A DNA stretch of 64,000 nt from the human T2T-CHM13v2.0 reference genome, Homo sapiens: assembly GCF_009914755.1 (NCBI RefSeq), contig NC_060925.1; one strand, written 5' to 3'. Positions 1 to 12,383 of the stretch are shown one piece after another (within the stretch, counting starts at the first letter, position 1; every line of letters starts with the position of its first letter). A program made the position numbers and the translations under genes. The notes under the pieces were generated by a model, which saw nothing but the letters and a program-made list of their open reading frames with translations, made no database searches and was not told where the DNA came from.

Positions 1-960
1 CCTCTTTCATTTCTCATTTCATTTGTTTGAATCCTCTCTCTCTTTTTTTCTTAGTCTAGCTGAATGTCTATAAATTTTGTTTATCTTTTCAAAAAATTAA
101 CACTGTATTTTAAAGTTTTCTATTGTTTTTGTTTTTTCTCTATTTCAATAATTTCTGCTCTGATCTTTGTTCTTTTCTTCCTTTGGCTAACTTTGGGCTT
201 GGTTTGTTCTTTTTCTAGTTGTCTAACATTATTTTGTTTATTAGAGATATTTTATTAAATGTAGGCATTTATTTTCATAAACTTTCCTCTAAGAATTATG
301 TTTGTTGCAACACATACATTTTGGTATGTGTATATCTCAATTAGTTTCATTTCTTCTAAAGTGTAATTCAAGTCCAGTATTTTCTTACTGATTTTATATC
401 TTGATGAGTTGCCCATTATTAAAATTGGGGTATTAAAAGTCTCCTACTATTATTGTACTGCAGTCTGATTCTCTGAAATATTTGCTTTATCTATTTAAAT
501 GCTACAATGTTGAGTGCATATATATTTACAATTGTTATATCCTCTTAATGAATTGACTATCATTTTGCAATGACTTTTATCTTCTTTTCCATTTTTGTCT
601 TAATATCAGTTGCATAGGATATCTCTTCATATCTTCAGTTCCATTCCATATGTATCTTTAAAGTTGAAGTAAGCCTTTTGAAGTAATACATAGTTAGGTC
701 TTTTTTTGGTAAGAGTCATTCAGCCACTCTATGTCTTTTTGTTGGAAACTTTAATCCATTTACATTCAAATTAATTATTGATAAGCAAAACTAGTGCCAT
801 TTTGTTCATTTGGAAGGGGGATGCTTTGCAGATTCTTTGTTCCTTTCCTCCTCTCTTCTTTTCTTCCTCTGTGTTTTGATAGTTTTCTACAGTGATATGC
901 TTGGAATCCTTTCTAAAAATATTTTTTGTGTGTTTACTATAGGATCTTTATTTGTGGATA
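1..960 (-). mobile_element. Old L1 (L1M/L1PB-type) ORF2-region fragments, antisense
   Basis: T-rich L1 antisense motifs such as ttttgtttatcttttcaaaaaa, atttctgctctgatcttt, atgttgagtgcatatatatttacaattgttatatcctct; boundaries approximate. Confidence 0.6.
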
Positions 961-968
961 CCCTGAGG

Positions 969-1366
969 CATAGTATTCCATGGTGTACAAGCACCACATT
1001 TTCTTTATTCAATCCACCATTGATGGGCCCCTAGATCAATTCTTTGGCTTTGCTAATGTAAATAGTGCTGCAATGAGCATACATGTGCATGTGTCTTTTT
1101 GGTAAAATGATATATTTTCCTTTGGGTATACACCTAGTTATGGGATTGCTGGTAATGGCATTCCCACCAACGATGTATAAGAAGTATTTCCTTTTCACTG
1201 AAACCTCCCCAGCATCTGGTATTTTTTGACTTTTTAGTGATGGCCATTCTCACTGGTGTGAGATGGTATCTCATTGTGGGTTTGATATACATTTCTCTGA
1301 AAATTAGTGATGTTTAGCAATTTTTCATTTGTAAGTCTTCTTGAGAAGTGTCTGTTCATGTCTTTT
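969..1366 (-). mobile_element. L1PA/PB ORF2 3' region fragment, antisense
   Basis: catagtattccatggtgta, gggtatacacctagttatgggattgctgg, ccattctcactggtgtgagatggtatctcattgtgg match the L1 3' region. Confidence 0.7.
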
Positions 1367-1628
1367 GTAAAGGGTATTTTATCTGTTCTTTTCCCTCTTT
1401 AAAATGTTCTCAATACTTTGTTTTGTTGTCTTACTTGCTAAATGTCTATATTCAAATCTCATTTCCTCCAAGAGAAATCAATGTCTTTTCTGACCACTAG
1501 CAATATTACTTCTTTTAGCCCAGAGTATTTCTTTCTGATGTTAAGATACATTCTGAGTTTTGTTCAGATAGTTTCAGAAACTGAAAAGAAATTAAATATT
1601 TTCAGAAATATTTACAAAGTAATGATAC

Positions 1629-1685
1629 TTTACTAACCAGTCTATCATCTGGTTAAAACAATTTACTAACCAGTCTATCATCTGG
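1629..1685. repeat. Tandem duplication, 33-bp period
   Basis: tttactaaccagtctatcatctgg at 1629-1652 and 1662-1685. Confidence 0.85.
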
Positions 1686-2229
1686 GTAATCAATCTCTTG
1701 CCCAAAAGTACAATTTTGCACTCACTTCCCATAACCACATTACACATGAGCTTTATTTATCAACAAAGACAAAGGCAGGATCAAGAGATCTTAAATACTC
1801 AAGTCAAAAAAAATATTTTCTACTGACATAAGAATATTTTATCACATAGGGATATCTGTATCATGTTTTACAGGTATAAAACGTGGGCAAAATATCTCTC
1901 TCTTTTTTATCAAAACACTCAACATCTTATGCTCTCTGGTTTGAGTTCCATCCAGTGTCTCCGGATTTATTTTTTATTTCTTTTAATTTTTTTATTGGCA
2001 CTTGGTTGATATCCTCATTTCTCTTTTAGCTACTCCAAAACTTATTAATTTGTCTTCTTGCCTTTGGTATTTCAACATGTCTTTCATATCTCTCCACAAT
2101 ACCAATTCATGCTGAAAAAAATCAGAAGAACTCTTTCATATAAGAAGACGATTGGAGAGGGGAACAAGGAAATGTGCAAAACAAAGATTTTTATCTTTAT
2201 TTGTGAACAGTGTTCTATGAATATAATTA

Positions 2230-4370
2230 TATTGATCAGTTCATTCTCATGTTGGTGAGCTGTTTCCAGTTTGGAGCTATTATGAATGAACCTCCTATAA
2301 AAATTCTTTTTTTAAGTACTTTTGTCAACATGTTGTCTATTTTTTGTGTTTTTCATCGTCTAAGAGTTGAATTGCTCAAAGGAAAGACCTATATTTAACT
2401 TATAAGAAATCAGCAGACTATTTTTCAAATTGATTGTACAATTTACCTTACCTGGGAATATATGTGAGAACCCTGGCTTCTCTACCTTTTAACAATATTT
2501 GCTATTATTATTTTTAAAGTATTAGCTATTGTGGTTATGTGGAATTAAATATCAACTTGGTTTCAATTTGCATTTTCCTAATGAGGAATGCTGTTGACTA
2601 CGTTTTGCATGTGCTTGTGGGCCATTTATGTATCTTCATTACATTTGTTAAGGGATCGTGTGAGACATTCATTCATTTTTATTTTATTGTCATTCCATTA
2701 CTTGTTAACTCTTTCTACTAGTCTTTTAAAATAATGTTTAATTTATCACCTTTTTATTTATGGCTTTCTTTTCTTGGCCTTGTTGGACAGATATTTTTCC
2801 TACCCCACATCATGAAGACAGTCCCCTATGTTCTTGTTTGTTTGATAAAATACGTAGACTTTAACTCTTGAATGAGATGCATAACTTACCTCAAATTAAG
2901 TTTGTGAATGTTAGTAGGTAGAGGGCAACATACAAATTGTATATGAATATATTGTTGTTCCATCATCATTGGTTTAAAAAAATCTTAATTCTCCTGATGA
3001 AATTACTTGGGATGTCTGTCAAATAAATCTTAAAATACTTTTTGTTAATTTTTATTAAGTAGTGTACTGAAATTAAATTGGAACTGGTTAAATCTATAGA
3101 TTGTTAAATTGAATATATAAAGGTTAAATTGAAATTCATTCAATTCATGTACTTCTTAAATTTCTATCAGCTAACTTTTATAATTTTTGGTATAGAAATC
3201 ATACACAACATAAAAAAATACTAAGTATTTTATCTATTTTTGATACAAATGTAAATTAAAATTTAATTTTTTACTGCTAATATTACTTATTTAAAATTTT
3301 AACTCTTAATCATTAAATATCTCTAATATCACATATATATTTCAATGTATATAATTATAAAGTAACACTTCTTCCTTGTCAATTTGTGTGGCTTGTACTA
3401 AATTGTATTAATTTTTCTTTATTTAAGATGTCTTTATTTCCTCTTTATTCTTCAATAATATGTTCTCTGGAATCAAAATCAAGATTTACATTTCTTTTAT
3501 TTCTACACTTGAGAGATATGGTGTCAGTTCTTCCTGGTTTCCATGATTTCCATAGTTCCCACTGTTTTCATGAAATCCACTGTTAAGCAATTTATCCCCT
3601 TTATATAAAGTGTCATTTTTTTGTTGTTACTTTCTTTGTTGTATTTAGTTTTTAGAAATTTGATTATGATATGTTGTAGTGTAGATTTCCCAGGTGTTTT
3701 CTTGTTTGATGTTCTCTAGTTTGGTGGCTACCTTGTTGAATCTATAGGTTTTTTTATTTACACTTAACTAAATTTGAGAAGTTGTCAGCCATTATTTTCT
3801 TAAATTACTTTTGACTTTTTTAGCCTCTACTATTTCTATTCTTTTTTGAGGCTCTGATGACATGGATATGAGGTCTTTTGTTTTAGTTCCACAAAACTTC
3901 TGAGTCTCTGTTCATTTGTTTTTTCAGTTTACTTTTTATCTTTCTTTTATTGATTAATGAAAGAAAAAATACCTATTGTGCTATCTTCATGTTCACTGAT
4001 TATTTTCTATATTATTACCATTTAGTAGTTTAGCTCAGCCAATATATATATTTTTAATTTTGGGTGATATATCTTGCAGTTCTAAGATATCCATTTCATT
4101 CTGTTTTCAACCTTTTCTTTCTTTATTGGCATGCTTTATTTCTTTGTTGAGGCTTCCTATTTATTTATTTCAGCTGTGTTTAAAATTAATCACTTTGTCA
4201 TTTTTATGATATCTCTATTAAAATCCTTGTCAGAGAAATTGAACACCTATGTTTTCACTATCAACCTCTCTTAGTCATGATTTTCAGGTTGTCATTTTCT
4301 TATTATTTGTATAAGAAGCTATTTTCAATTGTATGCTGAGCATTTCGGTTATTGCGCTTTTAACTTTGGA
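2230..4370 (-). mobile_element. Highly diverged L1M (MC/ME-like) fragments
   Basis: Degenerate L1 antisense motifs (gtttccagtttggagctattatgaatgaa, ttgcattttccctaatg, tttgagaagttgtcagccattattttcttaaat); subfamily uncertain. Confidence 0.4.
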
Positions 4371-5287
4371 TCTTATTTAAACCTTCTATTTTACTCAATC
4401 TTCTCTGACACCTTACTGGTGGAGGAAGAGAGCTGTCACATGGTTACAGCCTGGCAGGAATGCAAGCCCAGGTTTTCCACACGGTCTCATTTGACACCTT
4501 GTGGCAGAGAGGCACCTCACAACTGTTCCTCAGATGGTCTCCACTCACACTTCTAGAGGTGGCCTTTTAACCAACCAGGGGGGAATGAAGCATGTATATT
4601 AATAATGGACACTGATATGTATTATTTAGTGTAATTTCTCATACCATGATATCAATGTTTTGTTAGTTAAATAACATGAGTTGGGATATGTTCCTTCCTA
4701 TTCCATGTTCTTAAATGGTTGTGTAATAGCAGTAGTTTTATTTTCCGTTATATAACTGATTGAGTATACTACTGAAACCATACAGACCAAGATTTTTTTG
4801 TTACTAAATATTTTGATAAATTACGTGATTATTATCATTATTTTTTGTGTGTTTGTTTTAGGCTTTTCATTGTTATTTTTTTCTTTTTCTCTTCTTTTTA
4901 TCTAGAAGTTTTTAGCCTAATTGAAAAAAAAACCTCAAAGTTAATGGAAAAAGTAAACAAGTCTGAAAAAGTGAAAAAGAACATACAGTACAGTCCAAAA
5001 CAAAATACATTGCACTTAATTCTACAATTATATTTAAAAATTTTTAAATAAACATTTTGCTTAAACCAAATAACAAAATAAATAAAAATAAATATATGAA
5101 AATCTATACAAGATGTTTATGCTTGATTCCATAAAATTTGCTTAGAAATATTATAGAAAAATTAATATGTAGATAAATAACATGTTTTGACTGAAACATA
5201 ATACACTTAAAAACCACAAATGTCTCTAAATTGATCTGTGTTCTAATATAAATATTAAATCTATAAAGCTCTAAAAAAGAAGATGCC

Positions 5288-6540
5288 TTATAATCCTTTG
5301 GGTATATACCTAGTAATGGGATGGCTGGGTCAAATGGTATTTCTAGTTCTAGATCCTTGAGGAATCGCCACATTGTCTTCCACAATGGTTGAACTAGTTT
5401 ACAGTGCCACCAACAGTGTAAAAGTGTTCCTATTTCTCCACATCCTCACCAGCACCTGTTGTTTCCTGACTTTTTAATGATCGCCATTCTAACTGGTGTG
5501 AGATGGTATCTCATTGTGGTTTTGATTTGCGTTTCTCTGATGGCCAGTTATGATGAGCATTTTTTCATGTGTCTTTTGGCTGCATAAATGTCTTCTTTTA
5601 AGAAGTGTCTCTTCATATCCTTCGCCCACTTTTTGATGGGGTTGTTTGTTTGTTTTTTGTAAATTTGTTTGAGTTCTTTGTAGATTCTGGATATTAGCCC
5701 TTTGTCAGATGAGTAAATTGCAAAATTTTTTTCCCATTCTGCAGGTTGCCTATTCACTCTGATGGTAGTTTCTTTTGCTGTGCAAAAGCTCTTTAGCTTA
5801 ATTAGATCCCATTTGTCAATTTGGGCTTTTGTTGCCATTGCTTTTGGTGTTTTAGACATGAAGTCCTTGCCCATGCCTATGTCCTGAATGGTATTGCCTA
5901 GATTTTCTTCTAGGGTTTTTATGGTTTTAGGTCTAACATTTAAGTCTCTATCTTGAATTAATTTTTGTATAAGGTGTAAGGAAGGGATCCAGTTTCAGCT
6001 TTCTACATACGGCTAGCCAGTTTTCCCAGCACCTATATACCCAAGGATTATAAATCATGCTGCTATAAAGACACATGCACACATATGTTTATTGAGGCAG
6101 TATTCACAACAGCAAAGACTTGGAACCAACACAAATTTCCAGCAATGATGGACTGGATTAAGATAATGTGGCACATATATACCATGGAATACTATGCAGC
6201 CATAAAAAAGGATGAGTTCATGTCCTTTGTAGGGACACGGATGAAGCTGGAAACCATCATTCTCAGCAAACTATCACAAGGACAAAAAACCAAACACAGC
6301 ATGTTCTCACTCATAGGTGGGAATTGAACAATGAGAACACTTGGACACAGAAAGGGGAACATCACACACCGGGGCCTGTTGTGGGGTGGGGGAAGCGGGG
6401 AGGGATAGCACTAGGAGATATACCTAATGTAAATGATGAGTTAATGAGTGCAGCACACCAACATGACACATGTATGCATATGTAACAAACCTGCACGTTG
6501 TGCACATGTACCCTAGAACTTAAAGAATAATTTTAAAGAA
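5288..6540 (+). mobile_element. 5'-truncated, 5'-inverted L1PA (about PA4-6)
   Basis: Antisense arm 5288-6033 joined to sense 3' end 6034-6540 ending ccctagaacttaaag plus A-rich tail; ORF-track ORF2 fragments on both strands; absent from copy B. Confidence 0.9.
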
Positions 6541-6808
6541 AAAGTGAAAGAAGCCAGACATAAAAGCTCATATCTTTTATGATTCCGTTTACATAAAATA
6601 TCTACAGTAGATAAATCCAGAGAGACCAAATGCAGATTGGCAGTTGCTAGGGGCTGAAATGGGGAGAAAAACTGCTTAATGGATGAGGGGTTTTACTTTG
6701 GAGTGATGGAAGTGTTTTGGAGTTAGTGATGATGGTCGTACAACATTGCAAATGTAGTAAATGCCACTGAGTTGTTCACATTAAAATGCTAATTTCATGT
6801 TAAAAAAA
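6541..6808 (+). mobile_element. L1MB-like 3' fragment carried as a probable 3' transduction
   Basis: aagtgaaagaagccagaca ... atgccactgagttgttcacattaaaatg lies between the L1PA tail and a second A-run inside the TSD pair. Confidence 0.7.
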
Positions 6809-8599
6809 TAGATGCCATCCTTTCATTCTTGAAGTATATAATTTTTATAGAGATAATACATAAGAAACACCCACTAATCATAGAAAACAAAATTATATAT
6901 TGGACTTTACAAAAATCAAAATCTCTGCTCTGAAAAATATACCATTAAAATAACAAACAGCCTAGCCAAAAAGCAGGAAAAAATATTTATAGTACAGATG
7001 TTTGACAAAATACTTTTGTCCAGAATAAATAAAAAATTTAAAACTGAGTAAAATAAATAAAAACAAAAACATTTTGGCCAAAGATATAAAGATACTCTTC
7101 TTAAAATTACATACATCAATGACTGGTCAGCATCTAAGAAGGCACTGAACTTCATTATTCTCTAGGTAATGGCATATTTTAAAATGACATAAAGATACCA
7201 CCACTAGAAGGGTTAAAATTAAAAATATTCAAATGCCAAATGCTAGTTGTTTTAGTTTTCTCCTGTATATTAGGCTTAATTTTCTGGTTAGAATATTTTA
7301 TCCTTACAAAATTTTATAGGCTTAGTTTACCATTTTTAGCTCAACATGTTCTAAAATAATTTCTCTGATGGTGAATGAACCTGGTATGAGTAATGAAATT
7401 TCCATGACTACATTTACTTGTGTAAATTTCACCCATTCTAAGAGAAGATTTTTTTAGATGGTATAAATGACAGAATTTGTGCAGTTCTGCTCCTTTCTCA
7501 CCCTAACACTGGGTAAGGAGATAATTAACAAGAGTAGCAAACAAAAGTATCAAACAGATGACACTCTCTCCTTTCATCCTCAAGTCTTCCAAGGAGAAAA
7601 GAGTTACTGAATAACCTTCTCTTGAGACATAGGCTCAGGATCTGCATGCACTGGTTAAGGTACTATCTTAAATATATTACTGCTTTGGAACCTGAAGCTC
7701 TAGATGAAGCAGAAAACTCCTTTCATTTGTTCTAAAACAAGTCCCTTTTGAAATTCAGGATGGCCAGAAATGGCAGGTTAACTTTCAGACACTTATATTG
7801 AAGATACACTGTCCCTGGAAGCTCTTAGTTATGTCCCACTGTGTGTTTAAAACTTATATTATTTCTTAAGTGTGTTTTACATACAGGAAATATAGCCTTT
7901 ATCATAAAACTCTCTAAGACGATTTGATATCCAGTCTCTGGTTACAATTTGGCTTTGATAACCACAGCTTTCTGCCATCACTATCTAGCTTGTGTCTTTA
8001 TTAATAGAATAGTCTTCTTTTTTTTTGTTTTGCAAACCCCAGATCTTTAGAAGGTGTCCCACATTTTTCAACAGAAATACCTCTAATTACCTATGTCTTG
8101 GCAGAAGTAAGGTGGTGACACAATAATGTATAAGGTTGTTGAGTGTTACTCAGTTTTGATAATTCATTGTTAGTAACTGTCAAGATTCAGCATGATTATG
8201 CAATTCAGAGTTCATATCGATGGAGGTATGTCAATAAGTCAAGGTAACCTTAAAGCAGGTGTAGAAAACAGAACTTAGTTGTAGTTTAAAACAATTTTCC
8301 AATTCAATTACAATGAGGCCCTGGAAAAAAAAATACTTAAATGAAAGGTTACATAAATTAAAAAAGGCTTACGTTTAAACACCAAATAGACTGTTGAAAA
8401 AATACAAAAAAATTGTGGCAATATAGCAGTTACATTTGAGTTGTGGACTTTCCCTTTTGTCATGCATCTATATTTTAAAATATAACATAAAAATAATATT
8501 TTTCTTTGGTGGAGTCCTCATATTTAGTTTTTAATTGTAGAGCATACACCTATGAAATAACACTCAAAATACATTATTGAACAGAAATAAACTATTCCA

Positions 8600-8775
8600 G
8601 GTTAAGGAACAAGCTCTGGAGTCACTTCTTATTATTTCCTTGCTGTGTGAAATTGGGAACAATATTTACCTTTCCATGCATTAATTTCTTTTTTTAGAAA
8701 GTAGGAGATATTGTCAACAGTACTTATATCATGGGGTTGTTGTAGGATACAAAGTAATCCATAGATACTACTTCA
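8600..8775 (+). mobile_element. MIR SINE in the OR2T33 3' flank (paralogous copy about 30215-30500)
   Basis: MIR core-like gctctggagtca ... gctgtgtga ... acttatatcatggggttgttgtagga. Confidence 0.55.
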
Positions 8776-8962
8776 CTTGAAGAAAAGTACATAAATGCTA
8801 AAAATGGTATCTCTCAATACAATTAGCTCACTTAATTCTTAAAAATATCCTATTATATCAATGCAAAAACTTAATTTTCTCTGCATGAATTGCTAAAGGG
8901 AGAGAATAACAATGTGTTAAAATATTAATAAATTCAGGAACTTAGACTCATTTGACATTAGA

Positions 8963-9925
8963 TCATCTTGACCTGTGGGCCTCATTTTGCTGGTGTTTTA
9001 TGTTTACACACGTCCCCAGCCACCGTTTCAGGGCTCCCTTCACCTCACTGTTCTTCACACTGTAGATGAGGGGGTTTAGTAAAGGGGTGAACATAGTATA
9101 GAAGGCTGACACAACCTTGTCATGGTTAGTGGACCTATGGGATTTGGGTCTCATATAGGTAAAAATGGCAGCTCCATAAAAGAGTCCCACCACAGCCACA
9201 TGTGAAGAGCAGGTGGCAAAGGCCTTCTTGCGGGCTTCTGTAGAGCGCATGTGCAGAACAGCAGCGAGGATGAGACCATAGGAGGACAGGATGAGGGAAA
9301 AGGGGACCAGGAGCATTAACACACAGCAGATGTACATGGCGTTTTCGAAGACTGAAGTGTCAGCACAAGCCAAACGCACCAGCACGGGGGTCTCGCAGAA
9401 GAAGTGATCGATCTCGTGTACACCGCAATATGGGAAGCTCAGGGTAACAACAGCCTGCAGGAGCCCGTCAGCTGCACCCAGGAGCCAACACGACATGGTC
9501 ATCCTCAGGCACAGCTGCCAGCTCATGAGAGTGGGATATCGGAGTGGGTGGCAGACAGCCGCATAGCGGTCATAGGCCATGGCTGCTAAGAGGAAGCACT
9601 CTCCACCACCCAGGGTGGGGAGGAAGAAGATCTGCACACCACAGCCAGCGCGGGAGATGGCCTTATTTCCGGTCAAGTAGTCAGCCGCCATTTTGGGCAC
9701 AGTGGTGGAAACCAGCATCATGTCCATGAGGGAAAGTTGGCTCAGGAGGAAGTACATGGGCGTGTGGAGCCGGTGGTCCCGGTGAATCAGGAGAATCATG
9801 AGGGAATTGCCAAACAGGGAGGTCAAAACGATACTCAGAACCATCATGAAGAGGACTTGGTGGGCTCTGGTGTGGTTAAAGAGTCCTAGGAGAATAAAAT
9901 CTGGGGTAGTATTTCTCATCTCCAT
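8963..9925 (-). CDS. OR2T33: Olfactory receptor family 2 subfamily T member 33 (320 aa, intact)
   Basis: MEMRNTT start; OR motifs [46 protein letters not shown]; C-terminus [11 protein letters not shown] and order relative to OR2T12/OR2M7 recognised. The longer ORF-track start is a GTG in intron. Confidence 0.9.
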   Translation of the reverse strand: MEMRNTTPDFILLGLFNHTRAHQVLFMMVLSIVLTSLFGNSLMILLIHRDHRLHTPMYFLLSQLSLMDMMLVSTTVPKMAADYLTGNKAISRAGCGVQIFFLPTLGGGECFLLAAMAYDRYAAVCHPLRYPTLMSWQLCLRMTMSCWLLGAADGLLQAVVTLSFPYCGVHEIDHFFCETPVLVRLACADTSVFENAMYICCVLMLLVPFSLILSSYGLILAAVLHMRSTEARKKAFATCSSHVAVVGLFYGAAIFTYMRPKSHRSTNHDKVVSAFYTMFTPLLNPLIYSVKNSEVKGALKRWLGTCVNIKHQQNEAHRSR

Positions 9926-9933
9926 AATTTCCC

Positions 9934-9975
9934 CTGGTGTGATGGTGCAAATGGAAAAATAGAGAAGGAAGAGGC
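9934..9975 (-). promoter_or_regulatory. Splice acceptor of the OR2T33 coding exon
   Basis: Minus strand cttccttctctatttttccatttgcaccatcacaccAG|gggaaattATG; AG lies 8 nt before the ATG. Confidence 0.7.
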
Positions 9976-11729
9976 TTTTATGGTCTGAATAACTGTTTGA
10001 CTGCACAGTTTCCGGACACACGTACTGGGTATGTTATCCCAGGTAGTGATTCAAAGCTCCCAGTGAGCATGGCTTTTCCTGACCTGGCATTCACTTCTCT
10101 GTAGCTCAACTTTTTAATGTTTTAACTGAGATCGTGTACTACAAACAGGAGTATATTTACAGATCAAAATGAATAAAAATATTTTTTCAACTCTCAAGAA
10201 TTAGTGGTAAAGTGTTATGATTTTTATATTACTCGTATTAATATTATTGTGTTTTTGTTATGTATACTGATGGAAAAAGGAAGGAAACACTGACTTAAAA
10301 GTGTCTCATTTAGATTTGAGTCACAGTTTATTTATATTCAACTTTTGGAAACCCAAACATATTCAAGATAAGTCTTTTAAAAACTAAACAAGAAGTTACA
10401 GTTGCTTTATTTTAGGTTACACAAGGACCACATAATGGAATATGTGAGTGTAAATAAAACATTTTTTCCTTTGAAGAACAATAATATCTCACACAACTGA
10501 TGAAATTTTTTTCCTTCCTCCCACTACATACCTTCTTAGTTGTCTTACTGTTAAATGCAGTCATTCTAGTTTACCTCCTCCTGCTTTGAAACCTTTAGCA
10601 TCTGCCCTTCACTCTTCAAATAAAATTCAGAATTCTATCCCACACTTACAGTGGCTTGTAGACATGCCTCACACAACATTTTGCCATGCAGTATACTGCC
10701 ATGGAGACCTAGAAAGGCTGGGTGAATATGAGAGGGAAGCATGAGAGAATCTTTGATATTGATAAATGCTGGGGGAGAGTAGTAGTAACTATAATGAGTA
10801 AGTAGTACTTCGAGTAAGAAAAGGATAGGAAACAGCTTAAAAATGGTTGAGTGTTGCTATTGGTCACAGACAAGTTATCGAAAAGATTTGCAAATTAAAA
10901 AGCCACTATTATTGTAAATACTTAAATTGATATTTGGCCTGTCTGTTTCAGATTTTTAAAATATTTAACAAAATCGATTTATTTTCTTAGGAGACACAAT
11001 CAAAGTAACTGAGCTAACAAAAATGTGTACAACTTCATTTAGAAAGCTTTTGCAGGTTGAGGACTGTTACATATTGAACATAAAAAAAAGTTTTTTAGTG
11101 TTTACCATTTTTAAACTCCATACAAAGAAGAGAACTTGTCAACTCATAAAGAGAAGAGCACAAAGAGGCAAAGAGCTAATTTCCCACTTTTATTCATAGA
11201 ATATTCGCAAATGTCATGCCTTTGTATATTTGCAGGATTTTAGACCTCATCTCACACACAGATGGTCTCATTCAGGGCCTTCAGAAAGGCAGTGCCAATG
11301 ACTGGTTAAATTACTACATCCACTATATGAGCATTCAGATGTGAGCAGACACAAACACACAGTAACACCAGCGTCTTTGAGATGGCTTATTTAAGCATTG
11401 GCTATCAGGGAAATAAACAAAGATTATAGGACAATAAAACAGGCAAAATAGGCAAAGACACTACATGTGCCAAGCCTGTGCCAAGCCTTGTTGGTTGCAT
11501 TACTGTCTTCCTATGTAGTGTATGCAGTCCCTTTATTTTACATACTATTTAAAGTATCTTTCTCATGTGATTGCCACAGCCCACTGACTCCTTGACCACA
11601 GGCTTCCACTGCCTCCATTATAACTTTAAACCACCATCAGACTCCTTTTATTAATGCAGAATGCATGGATAAAGGAGGGCAGGACTTGATATTAAAAAGT
11701 CCTTGTTTAAAAATCACTGTTGTCCAAAC

Positions 11730-11854
11730 CACCATCGCGCGTGTATACCTGTGTAATGAACCTGCATGTTTGGCACATGTATCCCAGAACTCAGAGTAAA
11801 ATAAAATAGAATAATAAAATAGAGTGTGCAGAGAAGCACCAAAAAAAAAAAAAA
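11730..11854 (+). mobile_element. Short L1PA 3'-end stub with double tail
   Basis: tatacctgtgtaatgaacctgcatgtttggcacatgtatcccagaact, A-rich tail, about 20 nt extra, then A14; degenerate TSD aaaaatcactgttgtc / aaaaatcacctgtgtc. Confidence 0.65.
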
Positions 11855-12108
11855 TCACCTGTGTCTAGTCAGCTTTTTCCAGATTACAGTAGGTGTACCA
11901 TTGCTGGTATGTGTCATGATTTTAGGAAGTATGTGAAATAACATTTTCTACCTGAAAAGTTACATGACTTTTATTTGTGCTAAGAAAAAGGTAAACATTA
12001 AATCATGGGAAAAAAGAATCATTTCTGTCATTTTATATTATGATATAAGGGGAAAGTTACTTAACATTTTTGTTTTCTTTTGTTTTGTTTACTCATATGT
12101 TTTTAAAT

Positions 12109-12383
12109 CAGCGGTCCCCAACATTTTCCACAGATGGGGGTTGTAGGAGAGGGGATGGTTTCGGGATGATACTGTTTCACCTCGGATCATCAGGCATTAG
12201 ATTCTCATAAAAAGCATGTGATATAGATCCCTCACACGTGCAGTTCACAATAGGACTCACACTCTTATGAGAACCTAATGCTGCTGCTGATCTGAAGGAG
12301 GCAGAGCTCAGTGGGTAATGCTCCTTCACCTGACACTCACCTCCTATGCAGCCCAGGTCCTAACAGGCCACAGATCAATACTG
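12109..12383 (-). mobile_element. MER1B hAT-Charlie DNA transposon (partial)
   Basis: cagcggtccccaac end, gatcatcaggcattagattctcataa, cctaacaggccac; opposite orientation to the 45063 copy. Confidence 0.8.

Larger units (their letters stand above)
4029..10187. repeat. Local segmental duplication, copy A (OR2T33 unit)
   Basis: Colinear with 20902-31921: 4029-5287 matches 20902-22500, 6803-7247 matches 22485-22927, 7246-10187 matches 28853-31921. Confidence 0.9.

Noticed and set aside
4329-4556. ORF conserved with 21056-21421 (likewise 36370-36737 with 63304-63757)
   Set aside because: Similarity reflects duplicated DNA; starts are non-ATG or inconsistent, frames differ, and there is no recognisable protein.
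9404-9729. Antisense ORFs conserved in both OR2T copies (also 31141-31466 and 60311-61243)
   Set aside because: Short shadow frames of OR coding sequence; conservation is explained by the duplication.
9926-10021. 32-aa N-terminal extension of OR2T33 in the ORF track
   Set aside because: Starts at GTG and runs through the polypyrimidine tract and acceptor, so it is intronic.
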